38,506 nucleotides of DNA from positions 27,250,559-27,289,064 of the forward strand of contig NC_069003.1 in the NCBI RefSeq assembly GCF_001194135.2. Reading direction: 5' to 3'. The notes beneath the pieces were generated by a model. The model worked only from the letters and a program-made list of their open reading frames with translations, was not told where the DNA came from and made no database searches. Positions 34,710 to 38,506 of the stretch are shown in pieces. Made by a program: the position numbers and the translations under genes. The DNA is from Octopus bimaculoides (lineage: Eukaryota). Within the stretch, counting starts at the first letter, position 1, and every line of letters starts with the position of its first letter.

Positions 34710-35648
34710 NNNNNNNNNNNNNNNNNNNNNNNNNNNNNNNNNNNNNNNNNNNNNNNNNNNNNNNNNNNNNNNNNNNNNNNNNNNNNNNNNNNNNNNNNNN
34801 NNNNNNNNNNNNNNNNNNNNNNNNNNNNNNNNNNNNNNNNNNNNNNNNNNNNNNNNNNNNNNNNNNNNNNNNNNNNNNNNNNNNNNNNNNNNNNNNNNNN
34901 NNNNNNNNNNNNNNNNNNNNNNNNNNNNNNNNNNNNNNNNNNNNNNNNNNNNNNNNNNNNNNNNNNNNNNNNNNNNNNNNNNNNNNNNNNNNNNNNNNNN
35001 NNNNNNNNNNNNNNNNNNNNNNNNNNNNNNNNNNNNNNNNNNNNNNNNNNNNNNNNNNNNNNNNNNNNNNNNNNNNNNNNNNNNNNNNNNNNNNNNNNNN
35101 NNNNNNNNNNNNNNNNNNNNNNNNNNNNNNNNNNNNNNNNNNNNNNNNNNNNNNNNNNNNNNNNNNNNNNNNNNNNNNNNNNNNNNNNNNNNNNNNNNNN
35201 NNNNNNNNNNNNNNNNNNNNNNNNNNNNNNNNNNNNNNNNNNNNNNNNNNNNNNNNNNNNNNNNNNNNNNNNNNNNNNNNNNNNNNNNNNNNNNNNNNNN
35301 NNNNNNNNNNNNNNNNNNNNNNNNNNNNNNNNNNNNNNNNNNNNNNNNNNNNNNNNNNNNNNNNNNNNNNNNNNNNNNNNNNNNNNNNNNNNNNNNNNNN
35401 NNNNNNNNNNNNNNNNNNNNNNNNNNNNNNNNNNNNNNNNNNNNNNNNNNNNNNNNNNNNNNNNNNNNNNNNNNNNNNNNNNNNNNNNNNNNNNNNNNNN
35501 NNNNNNNNNNNNNNNNNNNNNNNNNNNNNNNNNNNNNNNNNNNNNNNNNNNNNNNNNNNNNNNNNNNNNNNNNNNNNNNNNNNNNNNNNNNNNNNNNNNN
35601 NNNNNNNNNNNNNNNNNNNNNNNNNACAACAATAACAACAACAACAGC

Positions 35649-35704
<56 letters not shown>

Positions 35705-35726
35705 TAATAATAATAATAATAATAAT

Positions 35727-36065
35727 GTTTTTCTAAAATAAAAAGAGAAGCTTTCAAAATAGAAAGATCTGGAAATAGAGGTAATTCGAATGTAGAGCCT
35801 AAAAACAGAAACAATTCCTATAATAGTGGGCGCATTAGGTATGATAAAAGAAATACACTCAGACAAATACGTAACAAAATCACCAGGACTTGCAAGTATA
35901 TATAACATACTGTAAATAGCACCACTAGGCACCGCACACATGCTTCGTAAAACGCTTTCAATACAATAAAAATAAGAACATCGCAACAAACCACAGCATA
36001 TACCCAAGGCACACAGAATTGCGCTCGGTAGTGCAGTGAAAGCACGTGATAAAAAAATAAGACTA

Positions 36066-36069
<4 letters not shown>
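35727..36069 (+). mobile_element. Dong/R4 LINE 3' end (RLE endonuclease C-terminus + 3' UTR) inside (AAT)n
   Basis: EKLSK*KDLEIEVIRM*SLKTETIPIIVGALGMIK...PLGTAHMLRKTLSIQ*; (AAT)n on both sides. Confidence 0.9.
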
Positions 36070-36126
<57 letters not shown>

Positions 36127-36127
36127 G

Positions 36128-36408
36128 TGATGATGGACTCTCCCGTCGAAGACGACGTATGAACGTTCAGCTTTTGCAGAAGGACCTGCACAGATGATTT
36201 GTTTATAGTAATCAAATGTTCGTGCCGCACATTAGCTCACTTTCTGCATCAAATCGACGTTGTCTGAACGGGTGTATGGTGTACCACGTGTCAGGTGTTG
36301 AAGGGATCACAGAGCAACGTGAAATGAAGAGTTTTGCTCAAGAACAAAACGAACCCAATCTAAGAATTAAAATCATGATCTAGCGATCATGAGTGCAACA
36401 CCCTAACC

Positions 36409-36410
<2 letters not shown>
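36128..36410 (-). mobile_element. tRNA-head CORE-like SINE (family D, distinct 3' part)
   Basis: Minus GGTTAGGGTGTTGCACTCATGATC...GTTCTTGAGCAAAACTCTTCATTTCACGTTGCTC. Confidence 0.7.
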
Positions 36411-36467
<57 letters not shown>

Positions 36468-36549
36468 TAATAATAATAAAATGCACGTTAAATGCAGTTC
36501 CAGTTGTTATTTACAGTTTCAATTGTGTTGAGTTGAAATATGAGCGAAA

Positions 36550-36655
36550 TAAGGTGTACGCAACTGGTGCTCAATTTATCGACCCCGAAACGATGAAAGA
36601 CAAAATGGACCTCGGCGGATTTTGAACGTAGAGACAGTCGAAATACCGTTAAGTG
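36550..36655 (-). mobile_element. SINE family A, partial
   Basis: CAACTGGTGCTCAATTTATCGACCCCGAAACGATGAAAG...GACCTCGGCGGA. Confidence 0.85.
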
Positions 36656-36995
36656 ATATTCAAACAATCTTATAAGGCTGTCAAACGTTTTTTCAGCCGC
36701 GTTCACCTTATAACTATCTTCACCATAGCCGCAAGGAAGAATAAGAAATCTACCCGCTTTTCTTTACCAAAGAAATAACAGACGGTCAATCTTGCCAATA
36801 TGTTAATCCAATAATCTAAATAATAATAAAAAAATAAATCGCCAGAATAATATTTTCAGTATAATAATATATATATTTTTTATCAATGAATGCTATATTG
36901 GAAAATCTCTTCACCGTTTTCTTTTGTAATTCAATGACCAAGAAGATGAAACAATGAAATGTTAATAGAACTCAACATGATTTTATGAATATTAA

Positions 36996-37009
36996 AGGTC
37001 ACGAGGTCA
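36996..37009 (+). promoter_or_regulatory. Perfect nuclear-receptor DR2 motif
   Basis: AGGTCA-CG-AGGTCA with an A/T-rich 5' flank. Confidence 0.25.
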
Positions 37010-37248
37010 GATAACCAGTTGCAGTTTATTTTTAGATTTTGATGATGGATTGCATTTAGTTTTTGTTTTTTTTTTATTGAAATTTTCTGTTTCCATCTCC
37101 TTCCCAATTTTTTTGTACTTGTTTTCTTAGTTATCCGCTTACTTCTGCCCTCTAAAACATGATCGACTTCCCCCTCCTGCTCCTGCTCCTCCTCCTTTCC
37201 ATGTTTTCTCTACTTTGTCGTCGTTTTCTTCTTCTTCTTCTTCTTCTT

Positions 37249-37338
<90 letters not shown>

Positions 37339-37814
37339 TGTCTTCTTCTNNNNNNNNNNNNNNNNNNNNNNNNNNNNNNNNNNNNNNNNNNNNNNNNNNN
37401 NNNNNNNNNNNNNNNNNNNNNNNNNNNNNNNNNNNNNNNNNNNNNNNNNNNNNNNNNNNNNNNNNNNNNNNNNNNNNNNNNNNNNNNNNNNNNNNNNNNN
37501 NNNNNNNNNNNNNNNNNNNNNNNNNNNNNNNNNNNNNNNNNNNNNNNNNNNNNNNNNNNNNNNNNNNNNNNNNNNNNNNNNNNNNNNNNNNNNNNNNNNN
37601 NNNNNNNNNNNNNNNNNNNNNNNNNNNNNNNNNNNNNNNNNNNNNNNNNNNNNNNNNNNNNNNNNNNNNNNNNNNNNNNNNNNNNNNNNNNNNNNNNNNN
37701 NNNNNNNNNNNNNNNNNNNNNNNNNNNNNNNNNNNNNNNNNNNNNNNNNNNNNNNNNNNNNNNNNNNNNNNNNNNNNNNNNNNNNNNNNNNNNNNNNNNN
37801 NNNNNNNNNNNATG

Positions 37815-37853
<39 letters not shown>

Positions 37854-37956
37854 GTAACCATAAGAGCATCACAGCAAACCACAGCACATACCCAAGGCAC
37901 ACAGAGCTGCGCTCGGTAGTGAAGTGAAAGCACGTTATAAAAATAAAACTACTGAA
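37854..37956 (+). mobile_element. Dong/R4 LINE 3' UTR (severely 5'-truncated) inside (AAT)n
   Basis: Closely matches 35966-36069 (CAAACCACAGCA.ATACCCAAGGCACACAGA..TGCGCTCGGTAGTG.AGTGAAAGCACG). Confidence 0.88.
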
Positions 37957-37957
37957 C

Positions 37958-38011
<54 letters not shown>

Positions 38012-38013
<2 letters not shown>

Positions 38014-38192
38014 TTTCAAATTTTGCCACAAGGGCAGCTTGGGGAAGGGGGTTAAGTCAATTTCATTGACCCCAGTGCGTAACTTGTACTTATTTAATCG
38101 ATCTCCGAAAATGATGAAAGGCAAAGTCGACCTCGGCGGAATTCGAACTCAGAACGCGGCGACAGAGGAAATACTGTTAAGCATTTCGCCCG
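38012..38192 (-). mobile_element. SINE family A lacking its head
   Basis: TTTGCCACAAGGGCAGC tail adjoining (AAT)n; GATGAAAGGCAAAGTCGACCTCGGCGGAATTCGAACTCAGAACG. Confidence 0.9.
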
Positions 38193-38385
38193 TTATTATT
38201 GTCATCATCGTCATCAGCATTAGCATCATGACCATCAGCACAACCACCAAAACCGCCATCGCAACCATCATCATCATCGTTGTCATCATCTTCATCATCA
38301 TCATCATTATCATCGTCATCATCATCGTCGTCGACGTCGTCATCGTCGTCGTCGTCATCATCATCATCATCATTCATCATCATCA

Positions 38386-38440
<55 letters not shown>
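38193..38440. repeat. Compound (CAT/CGT/ATT)n microsatellite
   Basis: Visible directly. Confidence 0.95.
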
Positions 38441-38506
38441 CCTATGATATGACCCGAATCTATCCAACGGATTTACCTTTCAACAAAAGAGTATGCATCT
38501 CGCCAT

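Larger units (their letters stand above)
1405..37810. other. 14 assembly gaps (~5.7 kb N) scattered through this span
   Basis: N runs at 1405-1572, 3616-4450, 9180-10177, 10696-11145, 12912-13207, 15088-15393, 18005-18037, 18674-18953, 25478-25710, 30228-30459, 31373-31383, 31877-32375, 34710-35625, 37350-37810. Confidence 0.98.

Noticed and set aside
1345-37933. Long ORFs in the track containing X runs (e.g. 3545-4903, 9094-10488, 34649-36007)
   Set aside because: They are open only because N gaps and microsatellites contain no stop codons.

Overview
AT-rich eukaryotic, repeat-dominated DNA. The SINE families and microsatellite load point to an octopus (coleoid cephalopod) short-read scaffold; this is an inference from recognising the repeats. 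About 5.7 kb (~15%) is N in 14 gaps, most flanked by microsatellites. The readable part holds many tRNA-derived SINE copies (three to four families), two mariner transposase relics, a hAT MITE, and decayed R4/Dong, RTE and Tx1/L1-clade LINE fragments. It also holds compound microsatellites and a 97-bp tandem repeat. Nearly all listed ORFs are artefacts of N-gaps or simple repeats, and no host gene can be named. The exception is a ~3.4 kb island (25.9-29.3 kb) with no recognisable transposons. It contains phase-compatible candidate exons of an unidentified protein (+ strand) next to a ~125-bp, 86%-complementary inverted repeat (28556-28682/28836-28959), a candidate ADAR/splicing-regulatory dsRNA. 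Other highlights: a minimal hammerhead-ribozyme motif in a Penelope-like repeat (17822-17857), Dong LINE 3' ends inserted in (AAT)n arrays that are shared with SINE tails, and two TSD-bounded composite or chimeric SINEs.
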